Positions 31,315 through 41,088 of a stretch of DNA of 64,000 bases are shown here, piece by piece. The first letter of the stretch is position 1. Every line of letters starts with the position of its first letter. The DNA lies in the NCBI GenBank assembly GCA_049642065.1, contig JBAROK010000056.1, forward strand, positions 1,072-65,071, given 5' to 3'. A program made the translations under genes and the position numbers. The notes below the pieces were generated by a model, which was not told the DNA's origin, did not search any database, and saw only the letters and a program-made list of their open reading frames with translations. The stretch comes from Candidatus Omnitrophota bacterium. Lineage in GTDB: Bacteria > Omnitrophota > Gorgyraeia > Tantalellales > Tantalellaceae.

Positions 31315-32129
31315 GCCGCACTCAATAGATTCTTTACATGTCTGCGTATATCAACCATAAGTATTTCCGGAAAATCCCTTATTGATACATGAGAACGAAA
31401 CTCTTTGTACCTATGCCCGATGGGATAATCATGATGCCAAGGTTTACAGCGCGTTAGGTAATGCAGGATAGCGGGCTCGCGTTGTCCTGTTTCGTCATAG
31501 AATGGAGCAAAATTATACCGTTTGGGAAAATCATGGATCTTATTCCTGAAGATAATGTTCAAAAGCTGCTGGTCTTTGGATTTGGTAAAAACTTCAATAC
31601 CGAATTTTTTGACAAGACCTCTGGCTCTTTCGGCAAGACCCTGCCATTCTTTCGGCCTGAGCACAAAAAGACCCGCGTTAAAACCCGGTTTTTCCCAATC
31701 AACGTCGATGCTCTCCATAAGACGTTCCCTGTGCTGCAAGCGAAACATGTTCTTAAGCGCGTTGACTTCGCGTACCACACCGACTGAGTTTTTCGGGAAA
31801 TCAAACAGAGGGTTAAGATCTTCAAGCACTACCGTATCAGCGTCCAGATACAGAACCTTTTTGCTGTTAAGCCCTTCAACTTCGAATTTTAAAAGAGTTG
31901 TATCGCCAATATACTTGAACTTCCCTCGACCTTCAAGTTCCATGAAAGGTTTCTTTGGTATTATAATAGCGAATTTGCGCGCCCTTCTGGTCTGACGTTT
32001 TGTAAGTCCTCCGTCAAAAACAACCACGGGAAGATCGGGATTAGTGCGCCTTAAACTTCTTAAAAGCGCCATTAACGCCGGGAAATAATTCGCGTCACAA
32101 CTTGTAGCAACACATCTGGAAAAATACAT
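31311..32129 (-). CDS. Glycosyltransferase family 8 (glycogenin / LPS glucosyltransferase-like).
   Basis: The N-terminal CDANYFPALMALLRSL is Rossmann-like, a DxD motif sits in YLDADTVVLEDL, and GFNAGLFVL is present. Confidence 0.65.
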   Translation of the reverse strand: MYFSRCVATSCDANYFPALMALLRSLRRTNPDLPVVVFDGGLTKRQTRRARKFAIIIPKKPFMELEGRGKFKYIGDTTLLKFEVEGLNSKKVLYLDADTVVLEDLNPLFDFPKNSVGVVREVNALKNMFRLQHRERLMESIDVDWEKPGFNAGLFVLRPKEWQGLAERARGLVKKFGIEVFTKSKDQQLLNIIFRNKIHDFPKRYNFAPFYDETGQREPAILHYLTRCKPWHHDYPIGHRYKEFRSHVSIRDFPEILMVDIRRHVKNLLSAA

Positions 32130-32130
32130 G

Positions 32131-33465
32131 TTATTTTCTTACACCTTCAAATAGTCCCAGGTACTGTTTGCCTATCCCTTCCCACGTCCAGGTGCTTCTT
32201 ATCTTCTCATTGAAGTTAAGAACATGCTGCATGCTTTCATTCCAGTTTTCAACCGTCCAAGTCACTGCTTTGCCTATGTTACCGGCAAGGTTGATCTCAG
32301 GATCTTCAGTTATTCTTGCAAGCACACCGCGATTGGTGATAGTCCCCCATTCCACGGCTCGCCCGTTCTCAGCCTCGAACATGTACAAAGGACCGTTAGT
32401 GTCCGCGGAAACAGCTATGTTGCCTCTTGCGGAAGCTTCTATCAGCGACATGCCAAAAGGTTCTTTCAATGTGGGTAATATATAAATGTGTTTGGTATCC
32501 AATATTTCTTTTTTCTCGGCTAAAGGACTTATCTTATCTTTAAGGTTGAACTTTACTTCAAGATTATCCGGCAACTCCTCGGCAAGAGATCTTAGTTTCT
32601 CTATATATCCTTCCGAAGCCGGGATACCGGCAATCGTCAGGCAAAAATTTCTGTTATTAGAAAATTTTGCCGCTTCTTTTGCGCCTTTGATGGAATACTC
32701 AACACCTTTACTCGGATCCACCCTGCAAAACGTGACAAGGTTAACTGTCTCGGGCTCTTCCCCAAGCTTACTATCCACTTCCTGTTTGCTCATAAGAAAA
32801 TCTTCGTTACAACCGGAAGCCAGAACCACTATCTTATCCGCGTATTTATTAACGTCATCGAACTCGCTGACGATCTGTTTAAAATCATCTCTTACCATGG
32901 GGCTGTTGGCGATAACAAGGTCCGCGAACCTGCACATGCTTTCCCATTCACGGATCCTCGAAAGAACCTCTTTTGTGCCTTCGTAAGCGCCGACAAACTC
33001 ACCTTTTTCTGTAATGTATGTCGTCTCCAGAGCGTGAAGATAAGAAAGTGTCTTCGGTTTTATCCCCTGAAGCTCCTTGGCCATATACCCCGGCACTATA
33101 TGGTGCCCCTGCAGGTTAACAACATCATATTCATCTTGATGTTCTTTTATCCATTTTACGGCCGTCTTGCTGAATCTCATTATCCTATCGAGTTCCTCGT
33201 CCTTGGTTTTATGCACGTATGGATGCTCTATCCCTTTATCGATAAGGAACCTCAAGATCTTCAGTTTACCTCGCTGCTCTATGCTGTAAGGTGTGTCCCA
33301 ATCATCTTTTAACTGGGATGCTGGTAATGTTTTATTTGTATGGATGGATATTATGATAACTTCCTGGCCAAGCTTCTGGAACTGTTCGGTTATATGCTCA
33401 ACATGCACTCCACCGCCACCGGTAGAAGTTTCCTCGAACTGTAAAGACACTATGGCTATTTTCAA
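32131..33465 (-). CDS. GT-B fold glycosyltransferase (GT4/GT5-like, glycogen-synthase-like).
   Basis: The N-terminus KIAIVSLQFEETSTGGGGVHVEH resembles the GlgA KxGGL region. The C-terminus LKEPFGMSLIEASARG is the E-x7-E motif region. Confidence 0.6.
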   Translation of the reverse strand: MKIAIVSLQFEETSTGGGGVHVEHITEQFQKLGQEVIIISIHTNKTLPASQLKDDWDTPYSIEQRGKLKILRFLIDKGIEHPYVHKTKDEELDRIMRFSKTAVKWIKEHQDEYDVVNLQGHHIVPGYMAKELQGIKPKTLSYLHALETTYITEKGEFVGAYEGTKEVLSRIREWESMCRFADLVIANSPMVRDDFKQIVSEFDDVNKYADKIVVLASGCNEDFLMSKQEVDSKLGEEPETVNLVTFCRVDPSKGVEYSIKGAKEAAKFSNNRNFCLTIAGIPASEGYIEKLRSLAEELPDNLEVKFNLKDKISPLAEKKEILDTKHIYILPTLKEPFGMSLIEASARGNIAVSADTNGPLYMFEAENGRAVEWGTITNRGVLARITEDPEINLAGNIGKAVTWTVENWNESMQHVLNFNEKIRSTWTWEGIGKQYLGLFEGVRK

Positions 33466-33495
33466 GATATTCCCTTCTGTTAAATAGAACGCGTG

Positions 33496-34464
33496 TTACC
33501 TCATCAAAACGGAAGCCGCGCCGAATATACCGACGTCCCGTTTAAGTTTTGCTTGTACCACAGGGGTTTTTTTAGCGAAGATATTTAAGGTCCGTGAAGG
33601 TATCGTACTGCGGATCTCCTTGAAAAGAAGCCCCCCAAGAAGCGATACGCCTCCCCCGATAACGATAATCTCCGGATCAAGCAGGCTTATCATGCTACCG
33701 AGCCAAACTCCAAGCAGCTTTCCTTCTTCTTTTATCGTCTCCAAAGCTACCTTATCACCTTCTCTGGCAGCTTCTCCGATATCGACCATTGTCATCCTGC
33801 TCAGCTCACCATCTACCATATCCATGATACTTGTTTTGATACGCGGATTTTTCTTGAGTTTTTTTAGCAACCGTTTAACTGTATTCGGACCGGATGCAAG
33901 CGCTTCGATACAACCGATATTCCCGCAATTACAAACAGCGCTCTTATCGTTATAACTTATCGTCGCGTGACCGCCTTCTCCGGCCATACCGTTCTTTCCG
34001 TGGTATATCCTGCCGTCAATTATTATACCCGTTCCTATACCCGTGCTTACCGTAACATAAAATACGTGCTTGTATCCTTTTGCTGCGCCCCAAATGACTT
34101 CCGCCATACCGGCGGCATTAGCGTCATTTTCAAGTTTGGTTCTTTTTCTGAACCGTTTTCTTATAATATCGACCAGCGGGACCTCTTTCCAGCCAGGCAA
34201 GTTCGGCGGATTATGCACGATACCCTTTATCGGATCAAGCGGACCCGGCGCGCATACGCCTATACCTTCAATATCTTTTTTATCGATGTTACTGAACTTG
34301 ATAATATCCCTGATCGCCAGTAACACCTGGTCCATAGAAGCTTGAAATCCCTTATTTGCAAGCGTTGGGACTACATATTTTTGTTTAAGTTTACCGTTTT
34401 TATTGACGATACCAACAGCTATTTTCGTGCCACCGATATCAACACCAATAACGTGTTTTTTCAT
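33496..34464 (-). CDS. ROK family sugar kinase (glucokinase-like).
   Basis: ATP motif GVDIGGTKIAVGIV and ROK zinc motif CNCGNIGCIEALASG are present. Confidence 0.8.
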   Translation of the reverse strand: MKKHVIGVDIGGTKIAVGIVNKNGKLKQKYVVPTLANKGFQASMDQVLLAIRDIIKFSNIDKKDIEGIGVCAPGPLDPIKGIVHNPPNLPGWKEVPLVDIIRKRFRKRTKLENDANAAGMAEVIWGAAKGYKHVFYVTVSTGIGTGIIIDGRIYHGKNGMAGEGGHATISYNDKSAVCNCGNIGCIEALASGPNTVKRLLKKLKKNPRIKTSIMDMVDGELSRMTMVDIGEAAREGDKVALETIKEEGKLLGVWLGSMISLLDPEIIVIGGGVSLLGGLLFKEIRSTIPSRTLNIFAKKTPVVQAKLKRDVGIFGAASVLMR

Positions 34465-34558
34465 GAGATATCCTTTTATTGTAGTAACGCGTTACGCGTA
34501 ATATTTGCAGTTAAACAATTATTACATAAAAGAAAAGGATAAACAACGAAAATCCCAG

Positions 34559-35698
34559 TTAGGAAAGGCGGTTTCTGTAATCCTCGTATCCGAACTGGCG
34601 GACCATGCGGATCTGGTCTTTTCCCGGATCGTAGAGAGCTATAGAGGGCAGGCGCACCCCGTTGAAAGTGTTGTTCTTGACCATCGTGTAATGAGCCATA
34701 TCCATAAAAGTGACCTTGTCCCCTGCCTTCAAGGGCTCTGGAAAGGAATATTCTCCGATAACATCCCCTGCCAGACATGTAAGACCGCCAAGACGGTAAG
34801 TGTAAGGGCCGTCTCCCGTTTCCCCGGCTCCTTTGATCAGGGGTCTGTACGGCATCTCCAGCACATCCGGCATATGCGCCGCTGCCGAAGTGTCCAATAT
34901 CGCGATCTGGGGCTTGCCTGGTATTACATCAAGCACTGAGGCGACAAGCACCCCGGTATTAAGCGCTATAGCTTCACCTGGTTCAAGATAGACATCCACG
35001 TCATATTTTTTCTGGAAACGAGTTACGAGACGGCAAAGTCTGTCTATATCGTAATCCGACCGGGTAATGTGATGACCACCACCGAAATTTACCCATTCCA
35101 TTTTTTCCAGGTACGGTTTGAACTTTTTTTCGACTACTTCGAGAGTGCGTTCAAGCGAATCCGAATTCAGTTCACAAAGCGTGTGAAAATGAAGCCCTGT
35201 AATACCGCTTAAATCTTTGCCGCTGAACTCTTCTGCTTTTACGCCAAGCCGTGAACCCGGAGCACACGGATCATAAATAGCGACCTTTACCTCGGAATGT
35301 TCTGGATTTATACGCAACCCGAATTTTACTTTTCCGCCCAGAGAACCAGCAGCTGATTTAAAACGTTCCCATTGCGTAAAAGAGTTAAAATTAATGTGAC
35401 TGGCGTATTTTAAGAGTTCTCCGAACTCTTCATCTTTGTACGCGGGAGCATACACATGAACATCACCACCGAACTCCTCATATCCTAGCCTGGCTTCGTC
35501 AAGAGAACTTGCTGTGGTACCCGACAGATACTCGCGTATCAATGGGAACGTACTGAACATGGCGAATCCTTTAAGCGCTAAGACGATCTTACAATCGGTC
35601 CTTTTCTGGACGTCCTTTAGCACTTCAAGGTTCTTTTTAAGTAACCCCTCGTCTACTACGTAACAGGGAGTATGTGAGATTTTTTCAGCTATCGTCAT
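34559..35698 (-). CDS. nspC: Carboxynorspermidine/carboxyspermidine decarboxylase.
   Basis: PLP-dependent fold-III decarboxylase. The N-terminus PCYVVDEGLLKKNLEVL and its pairing with the downstream CANSDH gene support the call. Confidence 0.75.
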   Translation of the reverse strand: MTIAEKISHTPCYVVDEGLLKKNLEVLKDVQKRTDCKIVLALKGFAMFSTFPLIREYLSGTTASSLDEARLGYEEFGGDVHVYAPAYKDEEFGELLKYASHINFNSFTQWERFKSAAGSLGGKVKFGLRINPEHSEVKVAIYDPCAPGSRLGVKAEEFSGKDLSGITGLHFHTLCELNSDSLERTLEVVEKKFKPYLEKMEWVNFGGGHHITRSDYDIDRLCRLVTRFQKKYDVDVYLEPGEAIALNTGVLVASVLDVIPGKPQIAILDTSAAAHMPDVLEMPYRPLIKGAGETGDGPYTYRLGGLTCLAGDVIGEYSFPEPLKAGDKVTFMDMAHYTMVKNNTFNGVRLPSIALYDPGKDQIRMVRQFGYEDYRNRLS

Positions 35699-35704
35699 CT
35701 TTTT

Positions 35705-36883
35705 TTATTCTATCTCCTCTACCACCCAGGGAAGACCATGGGCGTTCAGTTTCTCCATGAATGGATCCGGATCGAGCTGTTCCATATTATAAACGCCTTT
35801 GCCTTTCCACTTGCCGGTAAGCATCATCATTGCCCCTATCATAGCCGGTACGCCTGTGGTATACGAAATAGCCTGAGATTTCACTTCACGGTAACATTCA
35901 GCATGATCACAAACATTGTAGATATATATTTTCTTTCTCTTGCCGTCTTTTACGCCCTCTATCATGCAACCAATATTAGTCTTACCAGTATAATTCTCCC
36001 CTAGAGACGACGGTTCAGGAAGAACCGCTTTAAGAAATTTTAGCGGCACTATCTTATTGCCTTCGTATTCTACTTCATCTATACGGGTCATACCGACGTT
36101 CTCCAGCACCCTAAGATGCGTAAGATACTGCTCGCCAAACGTCATCCAGAACCGTATACGTTTAAGCCCTTTGATGTTCTGTGCAAGCGATTCCAGCTCT
36201 TCATGATACATCAGGTACATCTCGCGCGGTCCTATTTTAGGAAAATCAAACGGCTCGTGCACTGAAAGCGGATCCGTTTCTTTCCACTTCCCCTCTTCCC
36301 AGTACTTCCCGCGCTGCGTTATCTCCCTGATGTTTATTTCCGGATTAAAATTCGTGGCAAAAGGATGCCCGTGAGATCCCGCGTTACAATCCATTATGTC
36401 GATATAATGCGCTTCATCAAAATAATGTTTCATAGCATACGCGCAGAAAACGTTGGTTACGCCAGGATCGAACCCGCTTCCAAGAAGCGCCATGAGTCCT
36501 TTTTGCTTAAACCTATCTTGGTAATCCCACTGCCATTTGTAACAGAATTTTGCTTCATCGATCGGTTCGTAATTCGCTGTGTCCAGGTAAGCGACGCCCG
36601 TTTCAAGACAAGCGTCCATTATCGCAAGGTCCTGGTACGGTAGCGCAACGTTTATAACGAGATCCGGACCAAAATCCTTTATAAGTTTCACGGTCTCAGC
36701 TACGTTATCGGCATCTACCTTCTCGGTTCTTATCGGCCGATCTAACTGTGCAGCTATTTTTTCGCATTTTTCGACGGTACGGCTGGCCAGACATATCTCC
36801 TCGAACACTTCAGGCACCTGAGCGCACTTGTGCGTGACAACTCCACCGACACCACCGGCTCCTATGATCAATACTTTACCCAT
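35705..36883 (-). CDS. Carboxynorspermidine/carboxyspermidine dehydrogenase (saccharopine dehydrogenase family).
   Basis: NAD(P) motif KVLIIGAGGVGG is present; 392 aa. It is adjacent to nspC. Confidence 0.75.
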   Translation of the reverse strand: MGKVLIIGAGGVGGVVTHKCAQVPEVFEEICLASRTVEKCEKIAAQLDRPIRTEKVDADNVAETVKLIKDFGPDLVINVALPYQDLAIMDACLETGVAYLDTANYEPIDEAKFCYKWQWDYQDRFKQKGLMALLGSGFDPGVTNVFCAYAMKHYFDEAHYIDIMDCNAGSHGHPFATNFNPEINIREITQRGKYWEEGKWKETDPLSVHEPFDFPKIGPREMYLMYHEELESLAQNIKGLKRIRFWMTFGEQYLTHLRVLENVGMTRIDEVEYEGNKIVPLKFLKAVLPEPSSLGENYTGKTNIGCMIEGVKDGKRKKIYIYNVCDHAECYREVKSQAISYTTGVPAMIGAMMMLTGKWKGKGVYNMEQLDPDPFMEKLNAHGLPWVVEEIE

Positions 36884-37021
36884 ATCTTTACGTACTCCTT
36901 GAAATTAACTGTTTTTACGATATTCAACGCTGCTACATTTTATCAAAACGGCCCAGAGCTGTAAATACTTGATTTAAAAGCTCTTCCGTTTAGCCTTGAC
37001 GAAATCCCTGTAAAGTATAAA

Positions 37022-38512
37022 ATGGTTCTAACGATGAGTTTATCAAAAGAAAAGACTAACCTTCTAATCGGGCTGGCGGTTCTTACCGTTTCATTTGCCC
37101 TCATCAGGCTAAAAACGCTGGGGCATCTGTTGATGTGGGATGAGGCGTGGAACATCCTTTCCTTAAGAGCGTTCATTGCAGAGGCCGTAAGAGACCCTTT
37201 TTACTGGTACTACCGGTTCCACCCGCCCTTATATATGTTTTTTGCGAAGTTCCTTAATCCTTTCGGCGATAATTTTGCCGTAAGAGCGGAAGCGCTTTCC
37301 CTGGTTTTCTCATATGGAACGTTTATTACGGTATATTTTTTAAGTTACCGTATCGGTGGCTGGAGATACGCCTGGCTAAGCGGACTCATCCTGTGTTTCA
37401 TGCCGATATCAATAGGCTACGACAGCTGGGTAAAAAGAGACAGCTTGGCTATGTTCATGGGGTACCTGTCTCTCTTACTAGTGGTAGACAAAAGGTTCCT
37501 ATTCTCCGCAATAGCGCTGGGACTTTCTTTTTTAAGCAAGGAAAGTGCGCTTTTTTTCAGCTTGCCGGTCGCGTTTATGATCTTTACAACAGGCGGCAAG
37601 AAAAAAACCAGGATATTCGTGATGTTCTTACTGATCATTGCCCTAATGACGGCCTGGTGGTATATCCCTTTAAGCAACCTTACAAAGAACGTGAACGCTT
37701 TTTACCTTTCAGAAGATTATTACGGGAAAATGTGGATTCATTCACCGTTATATTACATTAAGAAACTTGTGCCTGATATCGGTATTGGCGGGATCTTGCT
37801 CTTTATTGTGGGACTCATCTTTCTGCCGTATTTTTCCAGGATAAAAAGACGCGCTGAAATATCCCTGCCTGTAATCATATGCTTTTGCGTATACGTGCCC
37901 ATATCTCTGGTTATTGCCACAAAGACCCCTTGGCTTTCTTATTCGGCTGCTCCGGCCCTTGCAATGATAGCAGGCGGCGGAGCGCTGTTTATATTCGGAA
38001 GAGCTTATTTTTCACGGATCATGCGTTCTTTACTTTTTCTTGTGCTGGCTTTCATCGTATTCACGGGAGTTACCTTTTCTTATCCTGTGTATCACATGAA
38101 AACCTATCCTAATGGATGGCCGGGCGCACAATCTTCCTGGAAACTTGCTGAGTACCTTAACGAACATATGAAAGATGATGACAGGTTAATGATAACCGAT
38201 TTTGCGTATTGGCGGATGCCAACTTGCCCTGTTTTTATTTACTACTGGAAGCCTCACGAGATTATGATAATAAAAGGCACTCAAACTGCTGCAACGATAC
38301 TTAAGAGAATGAAGGAACTCAAGATATCCTGGTTCGTAGTGGCAGATTCACCGGATCCTGCATACAATTACCACGCTCTTGTAAAAAAGATGGAGGTCCT
38401 GCTTCCAAATAAACCTACTCCTGTGGGATGGTCTTACGTGTGGAACGTCTCTACGACCTTGTCTGATGATTCTTCAGAAAAGACGCCTGCTGAACTTCTT
38501 CCTGCGACTTAG
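37022..38512 (+). CDS. ArnT/PMT-family (GT39/GT83-like) polytopic membrane glycosyltransferase.
   Basis: At least 10 TM helices. The N-terminal LGHLLMWDEAWNI loop is typical of the dolichyl/undecaprenyl-phosphate-sugar transferase fold. Confidence 0.5.
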   Translation: MVLTMSLSKEKTNLLIGLAVLTVSFALIRLKTLGHLLMWDEAWNILSLRAFIAEAVRDPFYWYYRFHPPLYMFFAKFLNPFGDNFAVRAEALSLVFSYGTFITVYFLSYRIGGWRYAWLSGLILCFMPISIGYDSWVKRDSLAMFMGYLSLLLVVDKRFLFSAIALGLSFLSKESALFFSLPVAFMIFTTGGKKKTRIFVMFLLIIALMTAWWYIPLSNLTKNVNAFYLSEDYYGKMWIHSPLYYIKKLVPDIGIGGILLFIVGLIFLPYFSRIKRRAEISLPVIICFCVYVPISLVIATKTPWLSYSAAPALAMIAGGGALFIFGRAYFSRIMRSLLFLVLAFIVFTGVTFSYPVYHMKTYPNGWPGAQSSWKLAEYLNEHMKDDDRLMITDFAYWRMPTCPVFIYYWKPHEIMIIKGTQTAATILKRMKELKISWFVVADSPDPAYNYHALVKKMEVLLPNKPTPVGWSYVWNVSTTLSDDSSEKTPAELLPAT

Positions 38513-40230
38513 AGCAATATATTGAGTAAAGTGCCGACTATTACAGCAGTCGTTATCATAATAGCTGCCGCTTTTGCCATGTCTTTGGCGCCCAGCTCGC
38601 GTACCATAACAATAAAAGTAGCAATGCACGGAAAATATATGGCAAGTATGGTACATGCCGTCACTAATTGCTTGGTCGTAAGGTTCAGCGGCCCCAGCAT
38701 ACCTACCGCCACGTCCTTCCTGAGAAACCCTATGAGCATGGCCGATATAGTTTCTTTCGGAAGTCCCCATAACCCGCTTAAAATCGGCGCGAAAACGCGT
38801 GACATAATATCTATAACTCCGGTCATATAAAGCAAGTTAACTACGAATACTCCAAGCAGCACAAAAGGTACGGCTTCTTTCAAGAATGCCGATATCCTCA
38901 TCCAAAGCTTTTTAAATACCGCGAGCGGATGAGGCATCCTGTAAGGCGGGATCTCCCATAAGATCTCAGGGCTTGATCCCTTCATTATGCGGTTCATCAA
39001 AAGTCCCTTTACAATGAGCAGTGTAAATAGGATACCGAATATCGCCGCTACATACTGGCCACCTCTTTCACCGACCAGCCCTACGATCATCGCTATCTGA
39101 GCCATACAAGGAACGGCTACAGCCATTAATGTTGCTGCAATGAATTTTTCTCTTCTATTCTCCATAAGCCGAAGCGCCATGGCACCCGGAACGTTACATC
39201 CAAGACCCAGTATCATGGGGATTATAGCATACCCGTGAAGACCGAGGTGGTGAAAAAGATTATCTACCTGTGTCGCTAAACGAGGCAGGTACCCAAAATC
39301 TTCGAGTACGCCTAATACAAGATAAAAACTCAGTATGTACGGTAGTACCGCTGCCAAAGGAACGTAAAGCCCCGTGGTAAGGAGCCCAAATGACATCCCG
39401 AAATCTATCTGCCCGTCTATAAGTTTTCCTATGAGTATCTCCTGCAGGAAACCGCTACCACCTAACGCACCACTCAACTTTTCTATTACAGGTAACCAGA
39501 GCTTGTCAAAAAGCGGCTCGAAAACGTGACCAATAAGACCCTCCGCTATAAACCGTATAATCATAAAAGACAAGACTACAACTAGAACCGCTATCGGCAG
39601 TCCCGTCACTGGTCTTGTGCTTATATCTTCCAGCCTTTCAAGAAAAGTGTGATGGTGATGATGCAGGGTTTGAGCGGTATCAACGATCTTGCCTATCTCT
39701 TCCCACTTCTCGTCTTTTGTTAAAGGAGAGAACTCTTTGCCCTGCAGGGTCCTTATAGTTACCATCAGCCTTTTGATCCCCACACCCGTCAGACCGCATG
39801 TCGGTATTACGGGAACTCCTAGTTCTTTTTCGAGTTTTTCAACATCGATCTCAATCCCCTTGTGTCGCCTCTCATCCCACATATTAAGAGCAACGACCAT
39901 AGGCACTTTTCTTTCTCTGAGCTCCAGGGTAAGAAAAAGATTTCTTTCAAGGTTGGTGGCATCAACAATATTAACAACTATATCCCCCTGATCAAGCATT
40001 TCAAGACAAATTGCGTCAGCTTTACATGACGTTTCCAGGTTATAAACGCCTGGGACGTCTATAAGCAGGCCCCTCTCGTCCTTCCCAAGATTCATATACC
40101 CCTGGCAAAAACCAACGGTAGTTCCAGGATAGTTCGATACTGTTACCCTAGCACCTGTTAAGCGGGAAAAAATAGCACTTTTCCCCACATTGGGGTTACC
40201 CATAAGGAGTATTTTCTTTTCGCCTGCCAT
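38509..40230 (-). CDS. feoB: Ferrous iron transporter FeoB.
   Basis: G-domain GNPNVGKS plus a polytopic membrane domain. Confidence 0.9.
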   Translation of the reverse strand: MAGEKKILLMGNPNVGKSAIFSRLTGARVTVSNYPGTTVGFCQGYMNLGKDERGLLIDVPGVYNLETSCKADAICLEMLDQGDIVVNIVDATNLERNLFLTLELRERKVPMVVALNMWDERRHKGIEIDVEKLEKELGVPVIPTCGLTGVGIKRLMVTIRTLQGKEFSPLTKDEKWEEIGKIVDTAQTLHHHHHTFLERLEDISTRPVTGLPIAVLVVVLSFMIIRFIAEGLIGHVFEPLFDKLWLPVIEKLSGALGGSGFLQEILIGKLIDGQIDFGMSFGLLTTGLYVPLAAVLPYILSFYLVLGVLEDFGYLPRLATQVDNLFHHLGLHGYAIIPMILGLGCNVPGAMALRLMENRREKFIAATLMAVAVPCMAQIAMIVGLVGERGGQYVAAIFGILFTLLIVKGLLMNRIMKGSSPEILWEIPPYRMPHPLAVFKKLWMRISAFLKEAVPFVLLGVFVVNLLYMTGVIDIMSRVFAPILSGLWGLPKETISAMLIGFLRKDVAVGMLGPLNLTTKQLVTACTILAIYFPCIATFIVMVRELGAKDMAKAAAIMITTAVIVGTLLNILL

Positions 40231-40232
40231 CT

Positions 40233-40457
40233 TTAAACTTCCTCCACCAGGATCTTCTGGGCTATACCGTGCCCGATCGCTACCTTCGCCTTATCCACCA
40301 GAACCGTTATCGGCCCTCGCCAGAAATGAGCGCTGATCATCGTTACCTTCTTACCCCGCCTGATACCCATAGTTCCAAGACGGTTCTCAACCCCGTGGCC
40401 ACCGAGGATATCAATAACTACCGCAGTCTGTTTTGCTTTCATTTCTGTTAATTTCAT
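40233..40457 (-). CDS. feoA: FeoA.
   Basis: 74 aa SH3-like protein immediately upstream of feoB. Confidence 0.85.
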   Translation of the reverse strand: MKLTEMKAKQTAVVIDILGGHGVENRLGTMGIRRGKKVTMISAHFWRGPITVLVDKAKVAIGHGIAQKILVEEV

Positions 40458-40459
40458 TT

Positions 40460-40960
40460 TTATCCTTTTTTAACTTTACATTTAATGCGCTTGCCGGTCT
40501 TGTAGTAATGTTCAAACCCCTTAAGCCACTCAGGCCTGCCTCCTTCTGGACAACCCTTTACGTACTCCACGAACTTCGTCAACCTGTCAAAAGTCTGGGG
40601 GCTCATAAAGTGTTCCATTTCGCACGCATCTACAACAGATATTTTCTTATCCACCCCCAGGATCCTGTTCAGAAACCTGACAAGCATATCGTGTTTCTTA
40701 CAAATCGACCTGGCTACTTTTTCCCCTTCGGGTGTAAGGTCTACATACCCATAGCGTTCATGCACGATAAGCCCTCGCTCAGAAAGCGCTTTCAAAGCTC
40801 CCGTAACACTGGGTTTCTTAACACCCATTACCTTGCTTATATCCCTTACCCTGACCACCCCGTTATCCGCTTTAAGAACAGCAACAGTCTCGAGATAATC
40901 TTCCATACTTGAAGTAAGGCTGGTTTTCTTCTTTGTTTTAAGCACCATATCAAACCTCAT
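40460..40960 (-). CDS. DtxR/MntR family metal-dependent transcriptional repressor.
   Basis: SMEDYLETVAVL...ISKVMGVKKPSVTGALKALSERGL is the HTH region and HDMLVRFL is metal-site-like. The true start may be a few codons inside the ORF. Confidence 0.8.
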   Translation of the reverse strand: MRFDMVLKTKKKTSLTSSMEDYLETVAVLKADNGVVRVRDISKVMGVKKPSVTGALKALSERGLIVHERYGYVDLTPEGEKVARSICKKHDMLVRFLNRILGVDKKISVVDACEMEHFMSPQTFDRLTKFVEYVKGCPEGGRPEWLKGFEHYYKTGKRIKCKVKKG

Positions 40961-40977
40961 TGTTTGTTAAATATTAC

Positions 40978-40998
40978 TTTGTTAGTTTATCCTAACAA
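40978..40998 (-). promoter_or_regulatory. Candidate DtxR-type operator overlapping the dtxR/feoAB promoter.
   Basis: Perfect 7-bp inverted repeat TTGTTAG-tttatc-CTAACAA, similar to IdeR/DtxR box half-sites (TTAGGTTAGGCTAACCTAA). On the minus strand it overlaps a TTGACA-17-TAGGAT promoter. Confidence 0.4.
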
Positions 40999-41088
40999 TT
41001 ATTGCGCTTTTTGTCAATTGTAATATGGATTTTTTAAGATGCCTTTCTAGCTGTAGCAATATGAGAGGAGTTTCTGCCTGGTGCTTCC

